64,000 nt of DNA from Alphaproteobacteria bacterium (GTDB lineage: Bacteria; Pseudomonadota; Alphaproteobacteria; Rs-D84; CASDRH01). The notes beneath the pieces are model-generated. The model was not told where the DNA came from. It saw only the letters and a program-made list of their open reading frames with translations, and did not search any database. Made by a program: the position numbers and the translations under genes. Below are positions 37,595-48,398 of the stretch, one piece after another (the stretch's first letter is position 1; each line of letters starts with the position of its first letter). Where the stretch lies: positions 11,519 to 75,518 of the forward strand of contig JAOASE010000003.1 of assembly GCA_025210155.1 (NCBI GenBank), read 5' to 3'.

Positions 37595-38338
37595 ATGAAT
37601 CCAAAACGATTTTTTTTAATAATAGGGCTCTACCTATATATGAGCCGCTATCTGATAAATAAGATAGAACTATTAAAGATTACATTTTGTATAGTAATAT
37701 TTTCAGCTGTAATTTTTCTACATGGCAGAAACCTCTATAGCAAAAAATACCAAACAAAAATTTATTTTGAAAGCGGAGTTTTAGCCAGTGAGTTAAACTT
37801 CGAAAAAACTTATTTTGAAGTTTTCTTTACAGACACTTCAAAGTTCTTTTTCAAAAATGGAAATCCTAAAAAACAAATAATTCAACTAAAAAACTTAGAA
37901 ACAGAAAATCCTTTAAACAGAAGATATCTAGTGACAGATTTCTATGAAAAGGACAGTGGAAAAGTTTTCTGTAAAAGAGAATATCTTTACAGAATGATGA
38001 GTAATGATTTTAAAAAGCATTATCCAGGAAAAAGAGATTTCAAAATTCTATCTGAATTTGGCTCCAGGCCAAAAGATATAGATATGTTTGGTAATCAATT
38101 AGACACTACGTCTAATTTTAAGGCTAATCATAGATTTTTCTATGAAATTAGATTACTATCAAGAAAATTTAATGAAGATGGTATCATGAAAGAAAGTTTG
38201 GATCTGACAGATGCATCCTATAAGAAATGGGGCTACAGAGAAAATTTCATTATGGTGTCAAACGGAAAAAAATCAAGAATCATCTCCACTCGAATAGAAA
38301 GAGGTGAACTCGCACTTAATAAAAAGGAGCCCAGTTAG
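37595..38338 (+). CDS. Hypothetical protein with an N-terminal TM helix (247 aa)
   Basis: Promoter TTGACA-N17-TATATT upstream. Terminator 38327-38355. Confidence 0.45.
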   Translation: MNPKRFFLIIGLYLYMSRYLINKIELLKITFCIVIFSAVIFLHGRNLYSKKYQTKIYFESGVLASELNFEKTYFEVFFTDTSKFFFKNGNPKKQIIQLKNLETENPLNRRYLVTDFYEKDSGKVFCKREYLYRMMSNDFKKHYPGKRDFKILSEFGSRPKDIDMFGNQLDTTSNFKANHRFFYEIRLLSRKFNEDGIMKESLDLTDASYKKWGYRENFIMVSNGKKSRIISTRIERGELALNKKEPS

Positions 38339-38347
38339 GGCTCTTTT

Positions 38348-39502
38348 TTATTTTATATATTTCAAAACTTCCGTAGCTGCTTTGGTAGATGGCATTCCAG
38401 CCCCAGCCTTAAGCATATCTATAGAAGGTTTTATCTTCTTAGTATATTTCTTTTTGTAATCCTTGTCATCAAGAACCTTACAAGCTTCATTAAATACATT
38501 GTCAGCAGTTAACTCATCTTGGAATAATTCAGGTATAATCATCTCATCACTAAGTATATTAACTAATGAAAAATATTTAATACTGATAAATCTCTTTATA
38601 ATAAAGTGAGTTAATTTAGAAACTTTATAGCAAGCAACAGTAGGAACATTCCTGATAGCTAATTCAAGCGACACAGTACCCGAAGCACAAATAGCTAAGT
38701 TAGAACGCGCAAACATATCATATCGATCTTTACTACCTTTAACAAACGCAGGCTTGGCATCCCAAGTCTCGACAATACTACGAACCTTATCTTCAGTACT
38801 TTCAACTAAAGGCATAAAGAAAGAACAGTTATTATATTTATCTCTTAACCTTTCAGATACTTCTTTAAGAACAGGTAGCATAACATCAATCTCAGCCTCT
38901 CTAGAACCAGGTATTAAAGCAATAATCTTCTTACCTCTAACAAACTTATACTTATTAGTAAAAGCAGAATGATCGCCTTTATATCTTTCTATAGCTGGAT
39001 GTCCAATCGCTTTAATCTTCCCCCCATATTTGGTAAAGAAAGGTTCTTCAAATTTAAAGAAGCAAAGAATCTCATCAAAAACTTTAGCATATTTTTTAGC
39101 TCTTTTAGGTCTCCATGCCCAAACCTGAGGCGCAACAATATGAACACAAGGAACAGTAACACCACGCTTCTTAGCTCTCAATATAATAGCCTTTGCAAGG
39201 GAAGGGGCATCTACACTCATAATAACATCAGGCTTAGCCTTAACAATTTCATCTACAACAAAATCAATTTTTCTTTTCAAAGTTCTGTATCTTTTAAGAA
39301 CTTCGACAAATCCCATAACTGAAAAATCCTTAATATCTATGATACTTTTGAAGCCAGAAACTTTTTGCATTTCTTCTCCACCCATACCAACGAAAGCAAC
39401 ATCTTTCTTCTTATCAATGATTTTTTCCATAATAGAAGAGGCTAGAATATCTCCTGAAGCCTCACCCGCGATAATAAATATTTTTTTCTTCAATTTTACC
39501 AT
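38348..39502 (-). CDS. lpxB: Lipid-A-disaccharide synthase
   Basis: N-terminal IFIIAGEASGD. The length and the rest of the sequence are consistent with LpxB. Confidence 0.85.
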   Translation of the reverse strand: MVKLKKKIFIIAGEASGDILASSIMEKIIDKKKDVAFVGMGGEEMQKVSGFKSIIDIKDFSVMGFVEVLKRYRTLKRKIDFVVDEIVKAKPDVIMSVDAPSLAKAIILRAKKRGVTVPCVHIVAPQVWAWRPKRAKKYAKVFDEILCFFKFEEPFFTKYGGKIKAIGHPAIERYKGDHSAFTNKYKFVRGKKIIALIPGSREAEIDVMLPVLKEVSERLRDKYNNCSFFMPLVESTEDKVRSIVETWDAKPAFVKGSKDRYDMFARSNLAICASGTVSLELAIRNVPTVACYKVSKLTHFIIKRFISIKYFSLVNILSDEMIIPELFQDELTADNVFNEACKVLDDKDYKKKYTKKIKPSIDMLKAGAGMPSTKAATEVLKYIK

Positions 39503-39565
39503 GAGATATATTATAATGTATTAAACAAAAATTGCAAAACTATTTTTGAGAAAGGAAATCATCAA

Positions 39566-40246
39566 ATGAGAAATCTTTTAAAGAAATCACTACTATTTGT
39601 TCTAGTATCAATATTTTTATCTGCACCATTATTAACTACATCAGAAGCAGCATACAGAACATCTAATAGAACCTATCAAACTAAAGCTAAAGTAGCCCCT
39701 GAACTAGTAAAAAAATGTAAGCAACATTTATCAAAAGTTAGAAACAACACAAATCCATCAGTTGTTCCACTATGCGTATATGAAAAAAGAACTACTGTCT
39801 CAGATAAATATACAGAGCTAAGGCCATTCATCCAAAAAGCAGGTATGGTTTATAAGCTTTTGCTAAAAATAGTTTTCGTTTATGTTTTTGGTTATATAGT
39901 CTTTAATGTCTTCCATATGCATAAAGACGATTTAAAATTAGATAAATTCAAGAACATGGGTATAGCATTATTCGCATTAGTATTTGGTGCCGTTGCATTA
40001 GAATATTTCCTAGGTGAAGAATTCTCATTAGTAGATGTTGCACGTAATCATAACTATATAAATTGTACTCAACCAAACCAATTTTATAGACGTTGTGACT
40101 CCGATGAAGCAGGCGCTGTATTTATAAAAAAGAAGTATCTAATATCAGAAAGTGGCTACTCTTTAGTAGAATACAATGTAAAGAATTTGGATAAAGATAG
40201 CAAAAAAAATGAGAAATATGACCTATCTCCAAGAACTTTATTTTAA
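39566..40246 (+). CDS. Hypothetical exported/membrane protein (226 aa)
   Basis: Signal peptide plus an internal TM segment. Confidence 0.4.
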   Translation: MRNLLKKSLLFVLVSIFLSAPLLTTSEAAYRTSNRTYQTKAKVAPELVKKCKQHLSKVRNNTNPSVVPLCVYEKRTTVSDKYTELRPFIQKAGMVYKLLLKIVFVYVFGYIVFNVFHMHKDDLKLDKFKNMGIALFALVFGAVALEYFLGEEFSLVDVARNHNYINCTQPNQFYRRCDSDEAGAVFIKKKYLISESGYSLVEYNVKNLDKDSKKNEKYDLSPRTLF

Positions 40247-40407
40247 AAAATACAACCAAAATTAAGAAAAAAATGCATAAAAAAGCTCGGTTTTTCAATA
40301 AAATCTGGGCTTTTTTGATAAAATATACGTTTTTTTCTTGACTTGGGATTGAAATACCCCCAATATAGATTTATGTAAAAAAAACTATTAAGAAAAGGAG
40401 TTTTACA

Positions 40408-40680
40408 ATGAACAAAGCAGAATTAATCGAAGCAATCGCAAAATCAGCGGATTTATCAAAAGCAAAAGCAGGTGAAGCAGTAGATGCATTCGTAGAAGCA
40501 GTTACTAAATCACTTAAAAAAGGCGGCGACGTAAGACTAGTTGGTTTCGGTACTTTCTCAGTTAGCAAAAGAAAAGCTACAACTGGTAGAAACCCAAGAA
40601 CTGGTGAAGAAATCAAAATTAAAGCATCTAACCAACCAAAATTCAAAGCTGGTTCTGCTTTAAAAGACGCTGTAAACTAA
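40408..40680 (+). CDS. hup: DNA-binding protein HU
   Basis: [11 protein letters not shown]...[25 protein letters not shown], the canonical HU/IHF fold sequence. Followed by a terminator. Confidence 0.9.
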   Translation: MNKAELIEAIAKSADLSKAKAGEAVDAFVEAVTKSLKKGGDVRLVGFGTFSVSKRKATTGRNPRTGEEIKIKASNQPKFKAGSALKDAVN

Positions 40681-40814
40681 TTATAGATTGCACAATATAT
40701 ATAGAAGGGGTTCGCAATTGCGACCTCTTTTTTTATATAAATAAAAGTGAATTCTTTAGATATGAAAATAGGGCCCTTTAACAGACCCTATTTTTCAAAA
40801 AATATCTCAACGAG

Positions 40815-41567
40815 TTATTCTGTTAAAATTACACGTTCAGCATTTTTTTCCGGCTTCTTATTACTTACAGGCAATATTCTGATAAAGGAGCTTTCTTTTC
40901 CTCCTGTTTCGAATATGCCATCACCGAAGTTTAGACCAAACTGATGTAGGTTGAATTTTTTACTAGTGCAAACAATTCTGAATAAGTTTTCAGCTTTTTT
41001 TGCCTTTCGATCTTCATCAGTTAATAAATCATCAATAAAATCTATGGTAGGCTTTTCTTCATAATAATTTGAATAGCCCTGTTTCCCAGCTGAAATCATT
41101 TCAGAAAAGTTAATATCTTTTTCCAAGAAATCACATCTTGAGACATTAAAGTCTACATAGAATGCTTTCAAAGAAAATGAATTAAACTTTAAAATTTCAT
41201 CCGGAGATATTATTTCTGCTTTCACTTCTTCATCACGAGGATTTTCTTTCCTCGATATAAAGACAAGTCCAAAGATAAACACTTCACCATTATAACTTAT
41301 TAATAAGCTCTTACAGTTATCAGTGCTTAACTCTTTATCAAGGGAGCCTCGGTCTTTAAAGAATTTAGCTATAGAACTAAATTCACTTATTAAAACATTG
41401 AACTCTTTATCCTTGAAATCGAACTTTTTCTTCTCAAAAGAAGAAAATAACTTCATAAGGTAACTTTTAGCATCTTCGCCAAATGGATTTTTATCAATCC
41501 AATTTAGCCATGCCTCATTTATGCCTGGCATATGTGAGACACTTCTGTCATTTGAATCATTTTTCAT
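40815..41567 (-). CDS. Hypothetical protein (250 aa)
   Basis: ORF only. Confidence 0.4.
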   Translation of the reverse strand: MKNDSNDRSVSHMPGINEAWLNWIDKNPFGEDAKSYLMKLFSSFEKKKFDFKDKEFNVLISEFSSIAKFFKDRGSLDKELSTDNCKSLLISYNGEVFIFGLVFISRKENPRDEEVKAEIISPDEILKFNSFSLKAFYVDFNVSRCDFLEKDINFSEMISAGKQGYSNYYEEKPTIDFIDDLLTDEDRKAKKAENLFRIVCTSKKFNLHQFGLNFGDGIFETGGKESSFIRILPVSNKKPEKNAERVILTE

Positions 41568-41848
41568 ATTGTTTATAAAATTTAAAAAAAGGTGTATACA
41601 AATATTCGTATGGTTATCCTAATGATATAAGGCTTCTGTGTCAAGTATAAAAAAATATTCCTATAAAAAAAATATAGAAATATCAAAAACAAAAGCCTCC
41701 CAGGGAGGGAGGACTTTAAAAAATCGAGGATCAGATCGCTACAGAATGGCATTTCCAGGATTGCGATCTATTTCATCTTTAACTTTAAATTACTTACTAA
41801 CTAATAATAGTTATAAAACATATTCAACAGCTAGTCAATAGAATTATT

Positions 41849-42610
41849 CTAAGCTGTTTTAGTGAATATTTCTACTCCATCAGCAGTAATACCTATAGTA
41901 TGTTCGAATTGAGCAGAAAGCTTACCATCAGCAGTTCTAACAGTCCAGCCATCATTCTCATCAGTAATACCATCATAAACACCTAGATTAATCATAGGCT
42001 CAATAGTAAATACCATACCTTCTTGTAAAACAACTTTTTCCATTTCTTTAGTATAATAATGAAGTATATTTGGATCTTCATGAAATAGAGTTCCTATTCC
42101 ATGTCCACAGTAATCTCTAACAACCGAATAACCTTTAGCCTCAGCATAATCTTGTATAGTCTTTCCTATATCAGCTAAAGTAGTGCCAGGTCTACAAATT
42201 CCAATAGCATCCATCAAAGCTTTCTCAGTATCTTTAACAAGTGTCTCAGCCTTTTTGGAAGCCTTTCCAACTATGAAAGTACGAGATGTATCTCCATAGT
42301 ATCCTTTTTTAATAACAGTAACATCTATATTCACAATATCACCTTCTTTTAATACTTCTTCAGAAGATGGAATTCCATGACAAATAACTTCATTTATAGA
42401 AGTGCATATAGATTTAGGAAAGCCATGATAATTAAGTGGCGCAGGTTTAGCACCATTTTTAACTATAAAATCATGACAGATTTGATTTAATCTCTCAGTA
42501 GAAACACCCGGTTTAATATAACCAGCAACATAATCCAATGTTTGAGAAGCTAATTTTCCAGCTCTTCTCAATTTTTGAAAATCTTTAGGTGTATATATTT
42601 TTATATTCAT
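41849..42610 (-). CDS. map: Methionine aminopeptidase, type I
   Basis: MNIKIYTPKDFQKLRRAGKLA...; metal ligands DVTV.K..Y.GD, HG.GH.G, FT.EP.I. Start assigned to the ATG at 42608-42610, preceded by the GAGGA SD; 42622 is a GTG. Confidence 0.9.
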   Translation of the reverse strand: MNIKIYTPKDFQKLRRAGKLASQTLDYVAGYIKPGVSTERLNQICHDFIVKNGAKPAPLNYHGFPKSICTSINEVICHGIPSSEEVLKEGDIVNIDVTVIKKGYYGDTSRTFIVGKASKKAETLVKDTEKALMDAIGICRPGTTLADIGKTIQDYAEAKGYSVVRDYCGHGIGTLFHEDPNILHYYTKEMEKVVLQEGMVFTIEPMINLGVYDGITDENDGWTVRTADGKLSAQFEHTIGITADGVEIFTKTA

Positions 42611-43344
42611 TTTTATCCTCACATAATAAGCTCATTACGCCCATTATAGTTCCAGCCCTAAATATTTGCAAGAGAAATAAAAAACGCCCGAGTATCCCGA
42701 GCGTTCTTAATGAGTAAAATTTTTCCTGAATTCTAAACTATTTTGTTAGTGCAAAACATCATCCTAAAAATATTGTTACCTAACAAAATAAGATTTTTCC
42801 ATAGGCAGTGGATTTTAAAAATTAAAATTTAATTTCACAAGTAAAACTGAATGAGAAAATTATATCAATTTATAGTTGCCTTGTCAAATTATTATTATAA
42901 AAAAAACACCCTGTAAAATTTGGGAAAATTCCAGAGTGTTTTTCTTGAATAAAAATGTCTAATTGAACTAATGTCTTTGCATAAGCCTGGGTTTTTGTTA
43001 ATAATTGTTTTAATTAAAATCACAATATCAAATAAAAATTGATATTTAAATAGTTTGTTTCAAAACGCCTGGAAGTACCAGGCGCTTTATTGTTTAATAA
43101 TTATCTTTACCTTAAGCATTTATTGCTTATTGGTGAATTTTTTCAGAAAATATACTTTCCGACAGCTAACACCTCGACTTTCCCATTAACCGGTTCGTCA
43201 TACTTGAAAAATGTTTTTTTCATAAGCATCTAATTTAAGGATTGTTTTCGTTTAAATCATAATTCTCACTTAAAATAATATCAATTTCTGATTGACATGT
43301 CAAACAATTATTTTAAACTATTTTAATAAAAGAAGGAAAGTTTT

Positions 43345-44055
43345 ATGAAAGTATTGTTCAGCCTAAAAGAGAAAGAAATCTCATCTATAAATAAAAATTT
43401 ATTCAATGACATTTTATCATACCTAAGAGAAAATAATTTAGACTCAGATAGAATTTCTTCAGCAGAACTTTCTAAAGTTTTGAAAAATCCTCCAGTACTA
43501 ACTCCAGAAGAGTTCGCGCAAGAAATAATATATGTAATCTTAGCCTCAGGCTTCTCTCAAAGAACTGCCATAAAGAAGTGGAGAGAGATAATGAATGAAA
43601 TAAATTCTAATGGAGCTAACTTTGATGAGCTTATCCAAATATTTAAAAACCAAACCAAAATAAAATCCATAGTTAAAGCTTGGGAAAATAAAAAAGAGTT
43701 CAGAGACGGCTTCTATAATCTTCGCAATGAAAACAGACCTCTTCAGGAACAGGTGGATTATCTAGAAACAATTCCTTACATAGGTAAAACAACAAAGAAT
43801 CACTTAGCTCGTAATTTAGGTATAAGCATTGTTAAATATGATGTATGGATACAACGTCTAGGTATAGCTTTAAAATATCCAGAACTTTCTAAAAAAGAAA
43901 CAGAAACACTAATAAAATTTCCAGTAACAGATGATGTAAAAGTTATCTGTGATGACATATTTAATTCTCTTGAAGAACAAACAGGAGAGAGCAGAGGGTT
44001 CATAGATGTAATACTTTGGAAAGCTTGCCAACTTGAAATCCTATCTATAAAATAA
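43345..44055 (+). CDS. HhH-GPD superfamily protein (endonuclease III-like DNA glycosylase fold), tentative
   Basis: IPYIGKTTKNHLARNLG-ISIVKYDVWIQRLGIAL parallels the Endo III helix-hairpin-helix LPGVGRKTANVVL...IAVDTHIFRV. Confidence 0.45.
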   Translation: MKVLFSLKEKEISSINKNLFNDILSYLRENNLDSDRISSAELSKVLKNPPVLTPEEFAQEIIYVILASGFSQRTAIKKWREIMNEINSNGANFDELIQIFKNQTKIKSIVKAWENKKEFRDGFYNLRNENRPLQEQVDYLETIPYIGKTTKNHLARNLGISIVKYDVWIQRLGIALKYPELSKKETETLIKFPVTDDVKVICDDIFNSLEEQTGESRGFIDVILWKACQLEILSIK

Positions 44056-44090
44056 AATTCCTCCGTATATACGAAGGAAAGTTATATTTT

Positions 44091-44735
44091 TTAATGCACT
44101 TCAAGCATCTCTTTATCCCGTTTGAAATCGGAAAAATACATTCCTAAATTATCTTTAGGAGATAATTCAGCCTCTCTTTTCTTTATACCCCAGTCAATAT
44201 TAAGATTAGGGTCAAAAGCATTTATACAACGTTCTGCGGTAGGCTCATAAGAGTTATCCACTTGATAATGAAATATTGTATTATCTTCTAAGGAGATAAA
44301 GCCATGAGCAAATCCCCTAGGTACATAAAGCATAGAACCATCGGCTTTCATTTCAAAAACCAAATGTTCTCCAAAGGTCTTAGATCCATCTCTTAAGTCA
44401 AGGACGACATCCTTTATACTTCCCTTCATTACCTTTACTAATTTTGCTTGTGCAAATTTATCAGCTTGAAAGTGAAGTCCTCTAATGGTGTTTTTATGGG
44501 ATTCAGAAATATTATCCTGAATGAACTCAGAAGTTATCCCATTTTCGAAGAATTCATTTTTCTTATAGGAATCCCAAAATTCACCTCTATTATCTGTGTA
44601 TATTTTTGGTTTTACTACAATAAGTCCATCAATCTTAGTCTGTTCAAATGTAAACATGTGTATTTTGTTATTAGGTTTATATTTATTAATTAGCCCCCAC
44701 AACATAATGTAGTGAGGGCTCAAAGTCAATCGCAA
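44091..44735 (-). CDS. rmlC: dTDP-4-dehydrorhamnose 3,5-epimerase
   Basis: GLIVVKPKIYTDNRGEFWDSYK...RGLHFQ, the cupin-fold RmlC signature. Confidence 0.85.
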   Translation of the reverse strand: MRLTLSPHYIMLWGLINKYKPNNKIHMFTFEQTKIDGLIVVKPKIYTDNRGEFWDSYKKNEFFENGITSEFIQDNISESHKNTIRGLHFQADKFAQAKLVKVMKGSIKDVVLDLRDGSKTFGEHLVFEMKADGSMLYVPRGFAHGFISLEDNTIFHYQVDNSYEPTAERCINAFDPNLNIDWGIKKREAELSPKDNLGMYFSDFKRDKEMLEVH

Positions 44736-44748
44736 ATTTTAAAACTAG

Positions 44749-46185
44749 TTAAATCTTTTTATACAGATCTATAAAAGCATTACCACGAACTTCAAAACTA
44801 GGATACTGATCCCAAGAAGCAGTCGCAGGAGATAAAAGCACAACAACCTTCTTATCAGAAGTAATCTCTCCAGATTTGATATCTAATTTAATAGCTTTAA
44901 CGATTTCATCCATAGCTATGTTTAAAGTATTGCAAACTAGAGAAGGGTGATACTTTTCACAAACCTTGGCAAAGTCTTTTTCACACTGACCAATCATGAA
45001 AGATTTTTTAACTATGCCATCAGCAAAATACCTCTCAAGCATATCAAGTCCACCTTCTTTAGGAATACCTCCAGCTATCCAGTATATATAATAGTCTGCA
45101 TATGCCTTAAGAGCTGGCTCAACAGCTTCAGCATTAGTCGCTTTACTATCATTAACGAAAAGAACTTCAACTCCATCTATATTCTTAGTGCCAGCAATTT
45201 GTTGCCTATGTTCCAATCCAGTAAATTCTTTCACAGCCTTCATAGTCCTTTTACCACAAAGACCTAAGCCTTTCATAATCCCATATACAACCTCTATATT
45301 CTGAGCATTATGCAATCCTTTAAGATATTCAAGCTCAGCAAGATCTAAAACCTTTCTAGGTGTACCAGATAAATTATTAACTATAACGAAAGTCTTATCT
45401 CCACCTTTGACATCTCTTTTCTCTACATATAAAGTAGCCTCATTACCAAATGCCGACACGGTGGTAACGTCTTTACCAGCATCAGTACAATTTTCAGCAA
45501 CCTTCTTAGTATTCTCATCGTCAACTCCGATAACTAATTTATCAGATATATTACATATAATCTTCTTAGCATTTACATAACCTTCAAATCCACCATGTCT
45601 AGCTAGGTGATCAGGAGTAATATTAATCAATGCCCCAACAGCTAATCTCAAGTCAGGAGACAATTCCAATTGATAAGATGATAACTCTACAACACAAATA
45701 TCACCTTTACCCAATGAAGGATTTTCAAACATAATAGTAGAACCTATATTACCCCCAAGGTAAACATTCTTTTCCATTTGTTGCAAAGTAAAATAAGTCA
45801 ATTTCGTAGTAGTAGATTTACCATTGGAACCAGTAATACCCACATAAGTTGCTTCAGGATTTAGTAAATAAAATAGATTTATATCCGACATAAGTCTAAC
45901 GCCAAACATTCTAGCCTTCTCAGCAATAGGATGAACTTTATCAGTAGGGAATGTATGGGGTATACCAGGGCTCCACAAAACTAATTCCAAAGATTTAAAA
46001 TCTATATCTTCAATAGAAGCAGGGCATTCGAACCCATCTTTTCTTGCTTTCTCCATAGAAGCTTCTTTATCATCCCATAATAAAAGATTAGCTCCCATTT
46101 CTTTTAAAGCCTTAGCTGCTACAGATCCTGTCTTGCCTAGACCAACAATTAAAATGTTTTTATTTTCTACAGTGAATTTTCCCAT
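44749..46185 (-). CDS. murD: UDP-N-acetylmuramoylalanine--D-glutamate ligase
   Basis: ILIVGLGKTGS (N-terminal Rossmann) and GITGSNGKSTTT (Mur ligase P-loop). Confidence 0.9.
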   Translation of the reverse strand: MGKFTVENKNILIVGLGKTGSVAAKALKEMGANLLLWDDKEASMEKARKDGFECPASIEDIDFKSLELVLWSPGIPHTFPTDKVHPIAEKARMFGVRLMSDINLFYLLNPEATYVGITGSNGKSTTTKLTYFTLQQMEKNVYLGGNIGSTIMFENPSLGKGDICVVELSSYQLELSPDLRLAVGALINITPDHLARHGGFEGYVNAKKIICNISDKLVIGVDDENTKKVAENCTDAGKDVTTVSAFGNEATLYVEKRDVKGGDKTFVIVNNLSGTPRKVLDLAELEYLKGLHNAQNIEVVYGIMKGLGLCGKRTMKAVKEFTGLEHRQQIAGTKNIDGVEVLFVNDSKATNAEAVEPALKAYADYYIYWIAGGIPKEGGLDMLERYFADGIVKKSFMIGQCEKDFAKVCEKYHPSLVCNTLNIAMDEIVKAIKLDIKSGEITSDKKVVVLLSPATASWDQYPSFEVRGNAFIDLYKKI

Positions 46186-46380
46186 AATTTAATCCTTAAT
46201 ATTTTGCTAAATTATATAAAAATAAAAAAAATACTGCAATAGATAAAAATAATTTTCCAGTTCTTACAAAGACTTAAAAATCCACCTAAAATAAAAATTA
46301 AAAAAAATATAAAAAAACAAAAAAAAATGTTGCAATTCAATTTTATATCCATATAATACTCTCAGACATGGTTAATAAGT

Positions 46381-46456
<76 letters not shown>

Positions 46457-46663
46457 TTCTAAGTCTTTTATAAGAAACACCCAGTTGGGTGATTTTTTTT
46501 ACCAAAATCAAATACATAGATATATTTACTTAAACCTTTGAATAAAGGGTGTTTTTTTGTGATTTGATAAAATCAGAACAACTCTAAGTTTATTTTCCCC
46601 TTGAAATAGTTGGATTGATATTTTATACTCCCAACAATTAATTTTTTATAACTAAATTTAAAA

Positions 46664-47098
46664 ATGATGAACAAAGAATCTTTTTTTAATGTACAGAATG
46701 CTTTCAAAGACGTTAACTATCTTCATGGCTTTGGTTCAGGTGATTTATATAAAATCGCATATCCAAAGGCTGTAGAAGCAGTAGAAGAAGCTGACGCGGA
46801 AGAAGAGGAAAAAGATGTTGTAAAAATCTTTTCCATTCAAGAAGGAAATGTTCTTTCAAAGTTTTATTATCCAACTGAGTTAGGAGCTCTAACAAATAAG
46901 AGTACTTACGTTACTTTACTCCTTGGAACAGAGCAGGCGATTAAAGAAGAGGTCGTAGAGCAGATTACCGGTGAAAAATCAGGTGGATTGCTATTTATAT
47001 ACCAGGACTCTTGGTTTATAATGAAACGAAGCGACTTAAACGTTGAGGTGGTAGGAGATACAAACCTTAGAGTTGCCATAAAAAAACACGAAGAATAA
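46664..47098 (+). CDS. Hypothetical acidic protein (144 aa)
   Basis: ORF with a downstream long-hairpin terminator at about 47107-47143. Confidence 0.4.
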   Translation: MMNKESFFNVQNAFKDVNYLHGFGSGDLYKIAYPKAVEAVEEADAEEEEKDVVKIFSIQEGNVLSKFYYPTELGALTNKSTYVTLLLGTEQAIKEEVVEQITGEKSGGLLFIYQDSWFIMKRSDLNVEVVGDTNLRVAIKKHEE

Positions 47099-47148
47099 AA
47101 CAGAAAAAAACTCCCTTAAATCGTTTTGATTTAGGGGAGTTTTGCCAT

Positions 47149-47439
47149 TTAGGCTGACATTGCAGAAGAGTTTATTTTTAATTCGCTAACTTTTAATAAT
47201 ATATCCTTAGCATATAACTCCAACTTTTCTCCATCAGGAAAAATAACCTTAGCGGTTTTATCCGAAAAGAAAGAATTCAGCATATTTGAAAACGTTCCCT
47301 CAATTTTCCTTATTTGAGATTTTTTATTATTCCCATTATAACTAAGGGCATAAGCCAAGCTTCCTTTTTCAGTGTTGGAATAATAAAATTTTATATTAAA
47401 GTCTTCACTTTCTTGCTCTGTTTTTTTATTCTTGCACAT
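47149..47439 (-). CDS. Hypothetical protein, tandem paralog (96 aa)
   Basis: …SQIRKIEGTFSNMLNSFFSDKTAKVIFPDGE… is paralogous to the next ORF. Confidence 0.45.
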   Translation of the reverse strand: MCKNKKTEQESEDFNIKFYYSNTEKGSLAYALSYNGNNKKSQIRKIEGTFSNMLNSFFSDKTAKVIFPDGEKLELYAKDILLKVSELKINSSAMSA

Positions 47440-47456
47440 TCTAGATAAGTATTTGA

Positions 47457-47807
47457 TTAAAACATCCTGTTTCTCCTAGATCTTCTTCTAGAAGTTTTTT
47501 TGTCGTTACTATTTTGTTTGCTTAAAGCATTTTTCTTTCTTACTTCACGTCTTTTAAAGTATATAGCTTTATCTATAACTTCTTTAGCTGTAAGAAGTTG
47601 AATAGTATCCTTATTAGGAAGTATTACTCTAGCTTCTTTATCAGAAAAAAGTCTATAGATCTTCTCTGAAAATACTCCTTCAACTTTTCTCAATTGAAGT
47701 TTCCTGAAACCATCATGCTCATCTAAAGTATACATGAGTGTCCAGTTATCAGTGAAATAGAGTTTTAAATCAAACTCATCGTCTATTTCAATGTTTTTGT
47801 TTTTCAT
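47457..47807 (-). CDS. Hypothetical protein, tandem paralog with a basic C-terminal tail (116 aa)
   Basis: …LQLRKVEGVFSEKIYRLFSDKEARVILPNKD… plus a C-terminal KKTSRRRSRRNRMF. Confidence 0.45.
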   Translation of the reverse strand: MKNKNIEIDDEFDLKLYFTDNWTLMYTLDEHDGFRKLQLRKVEGVFSEKIYRLFSDKEARVILPNKDTIQLLTAKEVIDKAIYFKRREVRKKNALSKQNSNDKKTSRRRSRRNRMF

Positions 47808-48041
47808 TTAAATTATATTAGGTTCAAACTTATATTTAATTTCTTCAAAAATTATATCAAGCAAATTAAATTGTCAATGTAAATATTCCTATAAATAAAA
47901 AAAAAAGCCCCGGGAGAGGGGCTTTCTATTTAGTGTTTGCTAAAAAGGGTATGGGTTATACAATTAGCAAACCTTCACTAGGGTCCAAATAATTAATTGT
48001 CTGTAATATATAACAACTTTCTCAAATGTCAACCCTTTTAG

Positions 48042-48374
48042 CTAGTTTACCTTAACTTTTTTAACTTTGGTCTCCTTATTAAAGAATGTAAGGCAGATCA
48101 AAATACCTATTAAAGATGTACCCGCAGGAATTGCAGTGTTAATAAATTCTTTAAAGTATCCTCCTGTAAACATATAGAAGTATATAACGGTATTTACAGC
48201 CATATTAATAGTAACGGCCTTATCCAATCTTTCAGATTTCTTAAACTTACCCATAGCAGTAAGCAAGAATATAGGAGCAAATATATAAACTATACTAGTA
48301 ACTGAAAATACGAATTGAAGTACATCTCCAATAAATAGAGCTGCGATACTTCCAAAAGTAAGAGCGCCAGCCAT
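48042..48374 (-). CDS. Membrane protein, probable C-terminal piece of a split sodium:solute symporter
   Basis: Three hydrophobic helices. Begins 24 nt downstream of the stop of 48399..49427 on the same strand. Confidence 0.4.
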   Translation of the reverse strand: MAGALTFGSIAALFIGDVLQFVFSVTSIVYIFAPIFLLTAMGKFKKSERLDKAVTINMAVNTVIYFYMFTGGYFKEFINTAIPAGTSLIGILICLTFFNKETKVKKVKVN

Positions 48375-48398
48375 TATATACCTAGAAAATTTAATATA

